A stretch of DNA of 64,000 bases from Lama guanicoe (Eukaryota), in assembly GCA_013239625.1 (NCBI GenBank), contig MU053379.1, positions 3,826,866 through 3,890,865 of the forward strand. The letters are read 5' to 3'. The position numbers and the translations under genes were made by a program. The notes under the pieces are model-generated. The model ran no database searches. It had not been told where the DNA came from and saw only the letters and a program-made list of their open reading frames with translations. Of the stretch, positions 1 to 11,344 are shown piece by piece. Numbering within the stretch: the stretch's first letter is position 1; every line of letters begins with the position of its first letter.

Positions 1-99
1 CCGTGGGTCTCTGCTGCTGTGTAGAAGACAAGGGTAGTGAGGGTGCTGGCTCCTGGGGTTGTTGGGGGTTAATGATGTGAAGAGCCTGAAAGCAGTCAG

Positions 100-400
100 A
101 GCTTAATAAATGTGAACGAGTCCTGTTTGTATAATCCGACCGTTAACCCTACTGTGTTCTAGGTGGGACCGAGGACAGTGGTAACAGCCGGGACTTCGCT
201 CCACCCGAGTCAGTCCCACAGAAAGCCAAACCAAGCCACGCAGCCCGTTATGGCCTCTCTGTGCATCACTTCCGCCAACATCCCAGGGGCCAAGTCCAGT
301 CACGTGGCCAGTCCCAACCCTGATGGGGGCAGGAAGGCGCTCTGGCCACCAAGTCCCACGGCAGAAGGACGAAAACGGAACCACCTGCACAAAGGGTGCC
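100..400 (-). mobile_element. Old MaLR (MLT1-like) LTR fragment
   Basis: Minus strand reads GGCCACGTGACTGGACTTGGCCCCTGGGATGTTGGCGGAAGTGATG, similar to the MLT1 core. Boundaries approximate. Confidence 0.35.
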
Positions 401-559
401 GCCTTCTCTAGGCCTCACAGCTGCGCCCCGAGGGGTGTGATGCTGGGGAGACGTCACCATCCCCACGAGGGGGTAACTTTCCAGATGAAAAGCAAGAGGC
501 TTGGGGGAAATTCCGTGGTTCCCAGCGTCGCAGATGCCGGGCTGGTCCTTGCATCCAGG

Positions 560-1020
560 TTGGTCCCGCTTCACCCGGCTGCTCGGTGGCTCGCACGCTG
601 TGGAGGAGCTGCGTGCTGAGGCTCTGGCCTCCCTGACCCCCGGTTACCGCGAGCCCGCCCGGAGCGCGTCTGCTCCCCGCCCCCCCACGTGGGGGGGCGT
701 CTCGCTGTGACGCCGCCTCCTTTCCGGACGGACAGGCCCCTCCGCCGTCCCTGACGCAGCCGCGGGCCGTTGTGGGGCCGTGCCCGGCGGGGCGCCTCGC
801 TTTCCCCCCTGGGGATGGCGGCAACGCCTCTTCCCCCTCTTCCGCCGCGCGGCGGTTCTCCTGCATTTCGAATAGTGCGGTAAGGGCCGCGGGTTCGGCA
901 GGAGAGCTGCGGGCTCTGGCAGGCGGTGCCGCGTGCGTTCGCCGCGCGCTGTGAGACGGCGCCCTGGCGGGCGGGAGAGAAGAGTGGCAGCGCCTGCCAC
1001 CAGCACCCCCGGAGGACCGG
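560..1020. promoter_or_regulatory. CpG island, promoter-like
   Basis: Dense CpG; E-box palindrome at 678-699; YY1-like GATGGCGGC near 813; + strand donor GCG|GTAAGG after 879. Confidence 0.6.
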
Positions 1021-1277
1021 GAGGGGAAGTAAGAGCCAGCTAGCGGCTTACTCAGATCTGAAGTCCCCAGGCCAGGACCACACCTAGTACCGTATCACAT
1101 CCGACAGATGCTCTAAAGCAACTGTCCGGCACGTGATGTGCAGCTGTGGGGACGTGGAAGCAAAAACGTGGTCCAGTCCCAACGGACATCCACTCTGCTC
1201 GCGTGCTCTGTTCCTAAGCACTCGGTTAATTAGCAGACGGCTCTGCTAACAGCTCAGGGCAGGGGATAGCTTCCTCA

Positions 1278-1855
1278 TGAGGCGAGAAGCCCCACAAAAA
1301 GACCGGCAGAACCCCTAAGCAGGGCTGCTGCTCTCCTCCCAGCACCGTCCAGTTCCCGGACCAGGAAGCTTTATCTCACTTTTTGCCTCTAAAGTGGCTA
1401 ACTTACTCCTAAAATTCTATTGGTTCCCTGGGCTCACTTCTGATTGGTTATTTCCTTCACTCCTGATTGGACATTACTCTCACTTCTGATTGGTCCATTT
1501 CCCTAACTTCTGATTGGTCCATTTGTAGTACTTCATTTGCATGGAGCTCACTCCTGATTGGCTATTTCTCTCATTCCTGATTGGTCTATTTCTACAAAGC
1601 TTGTTCCTGGTTGGTCAACTTCTGTTATACTTTATTTGCATATGATGTTGCAAAGTGTAAAACGGGCAGCCTATAAAAGGCCTGTGTAAAGCTGCAGCTT
1701 GGGTCCTGAGCTTTAAATGTTAATTTCTGCGGGCCTGGTGAAGTAATAAACTTGAGTTGTCTAGTTCACCGAGTGCTGCTTGGTCTTTCTCTGGGATTCA
1801 GATTGCTGTCACAGCTGAGCTGTGACACTGAGGTTTAACGCATTTTTCCACAGCA
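1278..1855 (+). mobile_element. ERV1-class solo LTR (578 bp) with CCAAT-box array
   Basis: TG...CA ends; 4-bp TSD CTCA (1274-1277 and 1856-1859); 7 ATTGG boxes; ATTTGCAT at 1535 and 1634; TATAAAA at 1672; AATAAA at 1745; end-to-end similarity to 43126-43611. Confidence 0.9.
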
Positions 1856-2094
1856 CTCAGAGGAAAGATGCTGTGAGGATGGCTAGGGTGGGTCAGAGGG
1901 CTAAATCCGTGACAACGAACGAAAGTGTAACATGTCCTTTTCAGTATGAAGACATGGTCCAGGCACAAGGATATTGGACCTGGTTTGGGAGGAATATGCT
2001 TGCCTCGTTCACACGCCCCCTCTGCTTCTTACGGAGAGCAGCACGGCTTGTTGTTGGAGAGTGTTTTTGAGCCTTCTGGAGTGCAGGCTGACAT

Positions 2095-2391
2095 GTGAGG
2101 TTGGTGAAACCCCCAGGAGTGACTCAAAGCTGATCTCAGATGGCCACGGGTGGGTCAGAGCCACGGCTCACTCGTCGCTCAGTGGGACACGCGTGTTCTG
2201 TGTTGTCTCCTGGAGGCTCCCTGGGCTGAGCCCCAGCTGCCCCCCCCAACCCTGGGGCATTCACCACCCTCACTTACCCACTTACATCCCTCCTTGTCTC
2301 AGCTCTCTTGTGCCCCATTCTCCTTGGGGTCACCTCCCTGAAAAGCCTCTTCTCTCGAGGTCTGCTTCTGGGGACTTGTAGCCTGAAGACA
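2095..2391 (+). mobile_element. LTR16-like (ERVL) LTR, decayed
   Basis: 3' end GGTCACCTCCC...GGTCTGCTTCTGGGGAC...AAGACA resembles the LTR16 terminus. Confidence 0.5.
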
Positions 2392-3639
2392 GTCTTCAAA
2401 AATCTACATAAACCTTCCTCCCACAAGCTCGGGGAAAGGGCCTCAAACATGTGAAGTCAGACAGCACTCTTGACAGCGGTGCCGCAGAGCAGAGGTAGGG
2501 GAGGCCTCAGAGCGAGGCGGGCAGGGAGGGGGGACAGAGGAAGGTGGGGAGGGCCAGCCAGGAGGCACGGAGACCCTCTGAGATTTAAGGGGACGGGCTG
2601 TTGACAGACGGAAAATAGGTCTGGGGACACTTAAATTTATTTTCAGGCAAACGGCTCTGCACAAACCCGAAGCTCCCCGAACAGATCCTAAGAAAACCTT
2701 CCAGAAGTCTTGAAAATCTGGTGACCATATTTTCCAAATCAAAAATTGGGAAGCTGTCTGCCAAAGAATGTTTTGTTTATGATTTGTGAATATATCTGCA
2801 TGGAAAAAGACAGAGGGGACACTGGGAATTGATCCTGCTCCAGAAAGTCTGGGATTTGCGGTCACCATACCCAGGGGTCACCTGATTTAGTGTTTCTCAA
2901 CAGACCGTATATGTTGTCACAGGGAGAGGGGAGTCCAGTCAGACGCAGACCTCAGAGAATGACTGAGGTTTTATAAGAGAGCTTATTCACAATGCTCTGA
3001 CTTTATTCCCTTAAATGACACCATAAATGAAATAATTACGTGCTTATCTAAATATAAATGTTTATAACAAAAAAAAAGATGCTTTATTTCTAAGGTGAAG
3101 GGGAATCAGACCCTCACTGACAAGGTGCAGGCGATGAAAAGTTTATTCACTAATTTAGCTCCGACTTATTTATGGCTGAGGAACAGACGCCATGCAGGCG
3201 CTAGAGTGCACGCTAAACAGAACAAACCCTTCCTCCTCGTTAGCGTCACAGCGCGGAGACAGGCGCCACGCACGGTAAGTGAAGACATCATCACACGTTG
3301 CACAGGAGCTGAAGAGCATCAGAGGACCTCTGGGAATTTTTTTTTTAATGAATGGAGATCTGGGGGCTCCGGAAACATCCAAGATGAAAAGTGAACTGAC
3401 GGTGAGACTGGTGCTTCCTGCTGTGTGTCCTGACTTTCCCAAGAGGCAAGGGTACCTAGCACAGTGCCCGGTACGTGCAGAGTCATCGCAGTGATTCATT
3501 CCCTTCTTCCGCTCCCAGTTTATGGGTCTCTGATATGGAAGGTCTGGCATAAGATGAATCATCAGTTAGTGACACTACAGTTCCTGTCACTGCGGGATCC
3601 AGCTCTCATCAGGAAACGGAACCTGGAGGGGCGCCTCTG

Positions 3640-4048
3640 GGCGCTAACCCTTGGAGGGTGTCTGCTCTAGGGAGCAGAGCTGACTGACAGGTCCGCCCTC
3701 CGCACCCTTAGACCCACTGCCACAAATATACCGAGGTCACACCTTCCCCGCCAACGACTGAGCACAGCCAGGCTGCTGGAAGCAGCCCGACCCTGCCCAG
3801 CGCGGGGCTCCGCGTCAGGGAGACCTCGCCTGGTGACCCTCGGCTGCATTAGCTGGGACTGTCCCAGAACTGCAGTCTGCAGCCGGTCTCTCCTTCTTGC
3901 TGCTCTCAGGTTTCAGACACGTTACGGCGTGAGGGTCCCCCCACCTTCTCCTGTGCTCACCCCCCCCATGTCTAATTTCACAGGGAATTCTTCATTGATC
4001 TCCTGCATGTCTCACCTCTTATTCTTTCTTAGAAAACCAGACTGCACA
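3640..4048 (+). mobile_element. LTR16-like (ERVL) LTR, decayed
   Basis: CTGGGACTGTCCCAGAACTGCAGTCTG and CTCCTGCATGTCT segments resemble LTR16B as I recall it. Confidence 0.45.
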
Positions 4049-4167
4049 GAACAGTAAAACACCATCAGCCCAGGAAACATAATTTGGTCAATATGGGTCC
4101 ATCCTGGATGCCACTAAAAGCAGTTTTTCAAAATCTCTAAAGCACTTTATTATACAGGATCCTGTGT

Positions 4168-5000
4168 CTTTTTTTTTTTTTAAATTGAAGTAGAGTTGGT
4201 TTACAATATTGTGTTAATTTCTGGTGTGCAGCATAGTGACTCAGTTATACATATGTGTATCATTGTCAGATTCTTTTTCATAATAGGCTGTTATGGGATA
4301 TTGAACACAGTTCCCTGTGCTGCACAGTAGGACCTTGGGGTGTTTATCTATTTTATATATATTAATATCTGCAAATACTGAACTCCCAATTTATCCCTCC
4401 ACCCCCCCTTTTATCCCTAGTAACTGTAAGTTTGTTTTCTATGTCTGTGAGTCTGTTTCTGTTTTGTAAATAAATTTATTTGTGTCATTTTTTTAGATTC
4501 CACATATGAGTGATATCATATATTTTTCTTTCTTTCTGGCTTACTTCACTTAGTATGACATTCTCTAGGTCCATCCATGTTGCTGCAAATGGCATTATTT
4601 TATTCTTTTTTATAGCTGAGTAGTATTCCATTGTATAAATATACCACAACTTCTTTATCCAGTCATTTGTCAGTGGACATTTAGGTTGTCTCCATGTCTT
4701 GTCTATTGTATATAGTGCTGCCATGAACATTGGGGTGTGTGTATCTTTTTGAAATAAGGTTCCCTCTGGATATATGCCCAGGAGTGGGATTGCTGGGTCA
4801 TAGGGTAAGTCTATTTTCAGTTTTTTAAGGAACCTCCATACTGTCCTCCACAGTGGCTGCATCAAACTACATTCCTACTAACAGTGCAGGAGGGTTCCCT
4901 TTTCTCCACACACTCTCCAGCATCTATTGTTTGTGGATTTTTTGATGGTGGCCATTCTGGCTGGTGTGAGGTGATACCTCACTGTAGTTTTGAGTTGCAT
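4168..5000 (-). mobile_element. L1 3' fragment (ORF2 C-terminus, 3'UTR, poly(A))
   Basis: Poly(T) from about 4168; ORF 4485-4865 QPLWRTVWRFLKK..LPYDPAIPLLGIYP is the L1 ORF2 C-terminus; 4878-5090 continues with [18 protein letters not shown] in another frame. Confidence 0.95.
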
Positions 5001-5489
5001 GTGGACCCGGGAACACACAACATGACAATGAAATGGCCTATAAGATTGGCTGTAAGTAGAAGTCTCCCCCAGTTGGGGCCCTGAGGTCACCTCTCTAAGC
5101 TATCCCTACTTGCCAGGGTCAATCAGCAGTGCCCACTCTACAACCACCATGTTGCCGGCATAGCCTCTCTCTCTTTTATACCCTGATGAGATACCAACCT
5201 GGTCATTTCTGTGCCTGGTCAAGAGGGTTGGAGACAAAACAGGAGGCAAGCAGCTGGCTGGCCTGGCACAGGAATAGGGTGAGAGGCTCATCCTCTTGCT
5301 GGTTCAGAGGCAGAGACTTCATCGTGACTCAGCGTGTGTTTATTTTCTGGGCCCTGATGATTATTGTATCCAGCTTTGGAATATAAACTTGCCTCGATCC
5401 GATGGGTGGTGGAGCAGTAGCCATTTTAACTCTTTGGGGTCATGTAAAAGCTTTGTTATTTTCCAAACTGTGCCTCTCTATACTCAGCT

Positions 5490-5960
5490 CTTGGAAGAAT
5501 ATTGATCCTCTAGTTGCTCCTCATACTCATCAACACTTAGAATAGTCTGTCTTTTCCATTTTGGCCGCTCGTTTCAATTAGCCATGTAACCATTCTGGTC
5601 GATGTCTAGGGCTATCATATTCTGGTTTTAATTTGCATTTACTTGATGACGAATGATGCTGAGAATCTTTTCATGTGCTTATTGGCCATTTGGGGGTCTC
5701 TGTGAAGTGCCAGTGTGAGTCTCCTGACCCTTTCCCATTGGCTTGTCTGATTTTTCCTTGTTGATTTGCAGACATTGTCCGATGTCTGCACGGCCATCGC
5801 CTCTCCCACTTTGTGGCTTGCCCTTTCCTTCTCATAGTGATATTTTTCAGTGAACAGAAGTTCTTAATTTTAATGTAGTCCAGTATATACAATTTTTCCT
5901 TTGTGCTTACAACTCTTTGTATCCTATTAAGAAATCCTTGCTTATCTAAAAGTCATAACT
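5490..5960 (-). mobile_element. Older L1 ORF2 fragment
   Basis: GGTTTTAATTTGCATTT and TCATGTGCTTATTGGCCATT motifs; translation LDYIKIKNFCS is L1 ORF2-like. Confidence 0.75.
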
Positions 5961-6064
5961 CTACATTTATAGGTTGTGTATTTCTCTTTCTTTCAGTTCA
6001 ATAAAACTTTTACATAAGCCAGGCTCACACAGGTTCACATTCTGGCTCCTTATAAAATATACCC

Positions 6065-6195
6065 TGGGAAGTAATTCTCATCTCCATTTGGCAGAGAAAA
6101 CTGAGGCCGAGAGAGATTAAGTAACATGTCCATGGTCTCACAGCAGGTGGGTGGGAGATGGGAGTGAATCCAGTCTGGGTGCTTCTGGCCTCCAC
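6065..6195 (-). mobile_element. MIR SINE
   Basis: CCATTTGGCAGAGAAAACTGAGGCCGAGAGAGATTAAGTAAC matches the reverse-complement MIR core. Confidence 0.75.
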
Positions 6196-7337
6196 CCTAG
6201 CCTGGGCCCCCCGTCTCGTTACAGTGAGTGCAGGGAAGTCTTCCAGAGCTCTACCGTGCATCTGAGCTCGGAGATCAACACATTGGCAGGTGCTGGGTGG
6301 AGCAGATTTGAGGATGACCAGGGCCAGACAAGTAAAAGCTCCCCTGGGACTCTTGCCCACACCCTCCCTAAAGTCTCACTCCTGCCACGAGGACCCGGCT
6401 CATCACGGAGGACCAGTGAGCAGGCGGCGAACCCGAGGGCTTTGCCAGGGCAGAGTGGTCCGAGAGAGGTCAAAAGTTCAGGGCCAAACTCTGGATGACT
6501 TTTAGTTACAACTGGACTCCATTTGGAAAGTTACTTTTCTTTTCTTCTGAAGTGAAACGCTTGGGGAAAACTGCTAAGTTTGAGTCTAGTGCATTCAAGA
6601 CAGATTCACTGATCCTTCTCCTCCAACTCTTGTTTATTAATCAAAACATAAGGTCGCTGCAGAATACTAGGATCCTTGGACAGAAGGGTACTGATTCTTC
6701 CGAGGGAAATGCAGTGGTGGGAGTGGGGGGGACGGGCTCGGGGACCAGAAAGGAAAGGGGGAGGGAACAGGAGGAAGCTGGGGATCTGAAGTCAGGCACC
6801 GCGGCGTTGAACGGCTTGTCCCACCGCTTCTGAGAACCAATTGCTGTTAATAACATACTGGAAATTTTCTAAAATGGGTACAGCTCCACTAGCTCACTGG
6901 GTCCCGGTGAGGATTCAGTTGGGTGAGCCCCAGGACCCATCACGTTCTCCACTGGGTGCTCCACAGACAGCCCTTCGCTGGTTCTCCTTGTTCTCCACAT
7001 ATTTCTGTTTCTTTACGACGATGGCTCCTGGCCCCAACCCCACTGGTCTGGGCCAGCAGGCACAGAACTCAACGTGGAGACAGGTGTCCTACGAATTTGC
7101 GGTCTTCAGCTTCTTGGGAGAATTTGGGATGGGAGGTTGCTTTGCAATCGGGGGCCTGGTGTCTTAGGTGAGTCGCTCCGTGGCCCTGAGGGAGACGTGG
7201 AGCCTGTAAGACAAGGCTGCTCGGTCCTAGTCCTCCCACTGCACAGCCGCTGCAGGAGTAGCACGGAACGGCACACACAGAAGCGCTTGTCGCGGCGGAA
7301 CCTCAGGGTCGTGAGCGCGACTTCCTTCTTTCCACAG

Positions 7338-7394
7338 GAGCGCTCACTAGGCATTCTTGAGGAGTGAATGCTTCTAAAAAGACTCTAGCTACAG
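7338..7394 (+). other. Candidate non-coding (5'UTR or lncRNA) exon, 57 nt
   Basis: Acceptor CTTCCTTCTTTCCACAG|, donor CAG|GTGAGT, stops in all three frames; a further donor TAG|GTGAGT lies after 7167. Confidence 0.45.
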
Positions 7395-7889
7395 GTGAGT
7401 TTTTTTTTAATTGCAAAAAATTTTTAAAAAGTTATTTCACTGCACATTTGGCAAATCATCACACGCTATTATAATGGGTGTGTCTTCCAAAGTAGACGGC
7501 AGCGCTCAGCTGACAGTACGTGGTATGTGTGTGTAAACAGCCAAGGGAAAAGAACAACTGAAATTCTAAAAGAAAACCTTCAAAAATTGGGTCACATTTC
7601 TTTAGAGGACTCCCGAAAGCAGAATGGAGAGAAGCAGTTAATTTAATATGTAATTTTGTTCACACAACAGTGCAGATTAATAACTTGGAACATGAATGCA
7701 AACCAAAAAACCACATCAGAAATTAAAAAAAAAAAAGCAGCCTCAGACTTGCCTGCCCTCTAGGATGCCAGCACGCCGTGGGCTCCAGACCTACATAGAA
7801 GAGCGGGCAGCTTGGTCCAATGCGTTGGGTTTCAGCCACAAAGATGGCTTCATTCACTGTTCACAGAAGTGCTGCACCGAGGTTCCCAC

Positions 7890-8720
7890 GAGGAGCGGTC
7901 CTGCCCACGTGCCGCAGGCACGGGATGTGCTGCCCAGACGCCCCCGCGCGGCGGGGGGCGTGGGCACGGAGTCGCCGGCCGTGGGCCCCTGCGGGCGCTG
8001 CCCCAGCCCCGGAGAGCAGCCTGGCCCGAGCTCCCGTGCTTCCCGGCGAGGCTGCCTTGTGACCGCATCAAAGAAGAGACTGAACATCTGGCAGCTCCTG
8101 CCGATGGGTGGTGACGGGGTCCCCGTGGCGACTGCACGTCCGCTGGACTAGCCCCTCTGCCCGTGCCCACCTTCTCCCCTTTCCTGCCGCAGGTTTTGGT
8201 CCCTGGTAACACTCTGCTTCCCAAGCTCTGCGTTCATCCCCGCTCTCAGAAACCGGCTGCCTCCCCTGCTGCTCCCCCGGAGGGGAGGCGGGCGCGCGGC
8301 TGTCCACGCAGGGGCCGGGCTCAGCGGGAACGACGGCAGCCGGCTGTCGGGCCTGTGGCTTCCACGAGCGCGCGTTCATCTCCGTCGCCTGCGGCTTCCT
8401 GCTAGAACGGCGGCACGGCCCCCCCGCCCCGGGGGACGGGCTACGGTGACGGGCAGGAGAGGAGGGCGAGACCGATGCCGCAGCAGCGGCGGAGCCCCAC
8501 GTGTGTCCGGCTCGGCCAAGGGAAGCAATGCCACGCGGGCTCCGGAGCGCGAGTCCGGGATGAAGTTTCGCTCTCCAGCCGCCCGCCGGGCCCGCCTCGT
8601 GCTGAAGGTGAGCGCGGCGTCGCTTCTCCCCAGGCACCGTGGGCCAGGCTGCCGCTACCCAGCCGAGGCCGGGCCGGAAAAGCCGGCCCTCCCCCCCCCT
8701 CCCTGTGCTGGGCCCTAGTT
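7890..8720. promoter_or_regulatory. CpG island with + strand donor (candidate promoter or first exon)
   Basis: Very high CpG density; acceptor CTTCTCCCCTTTCCTGCCGCAG| before 8193; donor AAG|GTGAGC after 8607. Confidence 0.65.
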
Positions 8721-9818
8721 CCGTTCTGCTTCTGGGAGCGGGGCAGCCTCACAGCCAGGGCACTGAAAGCATTGCCTTTGTTGTTTTTGTTAAAAATAAA
8801 GGTTCGTAAGTAAGATTTAAGACACAAACAGAGGGTGTTGGCACAGACACCATTATTTGTCTGTCCAGCAGCCCTGCGCTCCTCCCGTCTTCTTGCTGAT
8901 GTGACTTCAATGTGAGAGGGATGAGCTGGGAGTGTCCTAAACCTCCATCGTCCACTAAGCTGCCGTGAGGGGCCACTGAAATCACTGAGAGGCAAACCAA
9001 ACTAAACGTGCAGCTTTCACGCACACTAGCCGCCTTTCAGTGCTTGACTAACACACGTGGTCAGTGGCTGCCACAGCCAGCGTCCCAGATGGGCTGGTGC
9101 GACCGATCGTGTACCTTACTTTACTTGGTCTGTGCAAGATTTCCTAGGATGACTGACCGCAGGGCATCTAATTCTGCCCAGTGGCAGGTGAGAGACAGTC
9201 TTCTGGGTGGTGCTGGGAAATACCGCTTTCCTTGAAGAGCCAGATGTGTGGCAAGAGAGCACCCTTTGTTTCTTCTCTCGTTCCTCCCTGCCTGGGAAGC
9301 CGTCACGCGAGGTGAGGCCGTGGGCTCAGGTGCAGGGTGGATGCTGACGTGGGGGGGATGGGTCAGAGTCGAAGACTGGCATCTGGACCCCCCGGCGTCA
9401 TCTGGAGCTGAAGTCTCAGTGTCCCCAGGACTGAGGCTTAGTTTTTTGGGTTTTCTCTTACTTGCAGCTTAAAACATTCCTCACCGAAGTAAGAAGTTTG
9501 GAGAAAAAAGACCAGAAGAGAAAGAAATGTATTCATAATCCTCCTGGCCCCTCCCCTTCTTCCCTGTGCACACACCTTCACACGCCAAAGATCGTGTGCT
9601 GCAACTGTCTCTGTTATTCTGAAATGTGTTCTTTCCTCTTCACACTGAAGCAACTGTGTTCACTGAAGAAAAACCGAAGAACGTAAGCAAGTGCAGAGAA
9701 GGCGAAACACCCCATGACTCACCAGGAGGGAGGCCCAGGCTTAGCAGAGCAAGCCTTATCGTTGCAATTTTCCGTACATTTGATGTGCTTTGTACCCTGA
9801 CTTTTAAGAGCCACTAAC

Positions 9819-9885
9819 ATGGGAAGTCTGCCATCCTGGGCTGAAGAAGAGAGTCCCCCACGTGGCTTAGCTGCCTTATTACCAG
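9819..9885 (+). CDS. Candidate first coding exon of an unidentified small gene (MGSLPSWAEEESPPRGLAALLP)
   Basis: ATG in strong Kozak context (AACATGG); donor CAG|GTAAGA, phase 1; possible acceptors before 9468 and 9809. No homology recognised. Confidence 0.3.
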
Positions 9886-11283
9886 GTAAGAGCCTGCCAG
9901 GTGTGGGTGGTAGGGATGCAGAAATCATGGCTCCTTTCCTTCGTGATGAAAATGAACATTGGCCTCTTTATAAAACTCTGTAAAACTGTGATTAAAATCT
10001 ATCCTCTAGACTCAGAGCGCTTTGAGGAGTCAGACACAGCTTTGAGTTACTGCAGTCCTGAACGAGGGAGTGTTCTGTTTTCCCTGCTGTGGTTGCCTTA
10101 CGATTAACCTTCCTTCCCCCAGGTTGCTTTCTTATTACAGTTCACATGCTGTATTAAAAACACTGGAACCAGCAACCCGGCCAGAAGTCACACGGACATG
10201 CTCTTCCCATTTAGAGTTTTCTCAAAAAAACACAAAAAAACAGCCAGGACTATGGCTGTTTTGTCCATCGCTGCAGCCCCAGGGCCTGCCCAGCACAGGG
10301 CCTGGGGCACAGCAGGGACCGGACAGCGACCCCCTGGCGGGCGGGCCCTGAGAATGAACAGGCACGTCGCCGCTTGATTACATTGCTTTCGGTGATCGAG
10401 GGTGAATTTCCTTGATTAAGGATGGGGCTTTGAGGAGGGTTTTCCTAATTTTCTTTAAAACAGTAGAGGAATGACGTAAAAACAAAATCCAACAAACGAA
10501 ATAATATTTGGGGACAATGGTTTGCAAACATTTCTAAACTGCTGTGGGTTGAGGAGACACTTTCATAAAATCTTGGTCAATGTCTGGCGATGTGAGGAAA
10601 AGGAAATCCTTTTCTTTCAAGTATTTGCTACTAATCTTTCTTCTCTATGGCCTCCTTTCATGGTCAGAAGTCATTTGAATTTTTCTTCATTTTCCTAGCA
10701 ATAATTCCTTATTTTGTGCTGTGAATTATGTGAGTAATAGCTCCCGGCTTCGTAGGCGGCACTGTGTTGTTGGCTCTGCGGCTTGGGGTGGGGAGAGGCT
10801 GTCCCCACATTCCCGCCCTCCTCTGCCGGGGCTCCACTTAGCTGACATCACCCAGGGGTCACGGGGGTGAGGGTAGGGGTGGGTGGGGGTGAGGTTTGGA
10901 AGAAGCCACTGCCCAGAAGGCGCAGTGATGCAGGCCGAATCCTACAGGGACAGCACGGAGCCCACGCCGTTTGAAAAACAATAGCTCAATGTAGGAAACA
11001 AAAGAGATGCCATTTTTGGTTTTTTTGAGTGACTAAAATGCTTCCAACTGTCCTGAGGGCTCCCAAGTCCAAGGGAGCCTTGAATAAAGACACTGGCCTC
11101 AGACTGGCCCTGTTGGCTCGTGTCTGCCCTGGCTGGAGACAGCCCCCCACGTTCCGCCCCCTGATTTTGCTGAGGACGAGAAGCCTCACTTCTGATGTCC
11201 TGGGCTGGGTTCCTGGGGAACAGAGCGAGAGGCAGAGCAGAGCCCGCGGAAGGCTTGGGGGAGCGGCCTCGGGGGGCACACCC

Positions 11284-11333
11284 GGCTGGGCACCGTGAGG
11301 CTGGGCGCCGTGAGGCTGGGCGCCGTGAGGCTG
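11284..11333. repeat. 15-bp tandem repeat, about 3.3 copies (GGCTGGGCGCCGTGA)
   Basis: Directly visible; explains the HGAQP repeats in ORF 10986-11480. Confidence 0.9.
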
Positions 11334-11344
11334 TGGCCGGGCCC

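Noticed and set aside
1410..1615. CRISPR-like or novel repeat-spacer array
   Set aside because: The roughly 23-bp units are CCAAT-box repeats inside an LTR U3 region of a mammalian genome, with no unique spacers or cas genes.
4485..5090. Protein-coding gene from the 126-aa and 70-aa ORFs
   Set aside because: Frameshifted L1 ORF2 C-terminus in a 5'-truncated copy.
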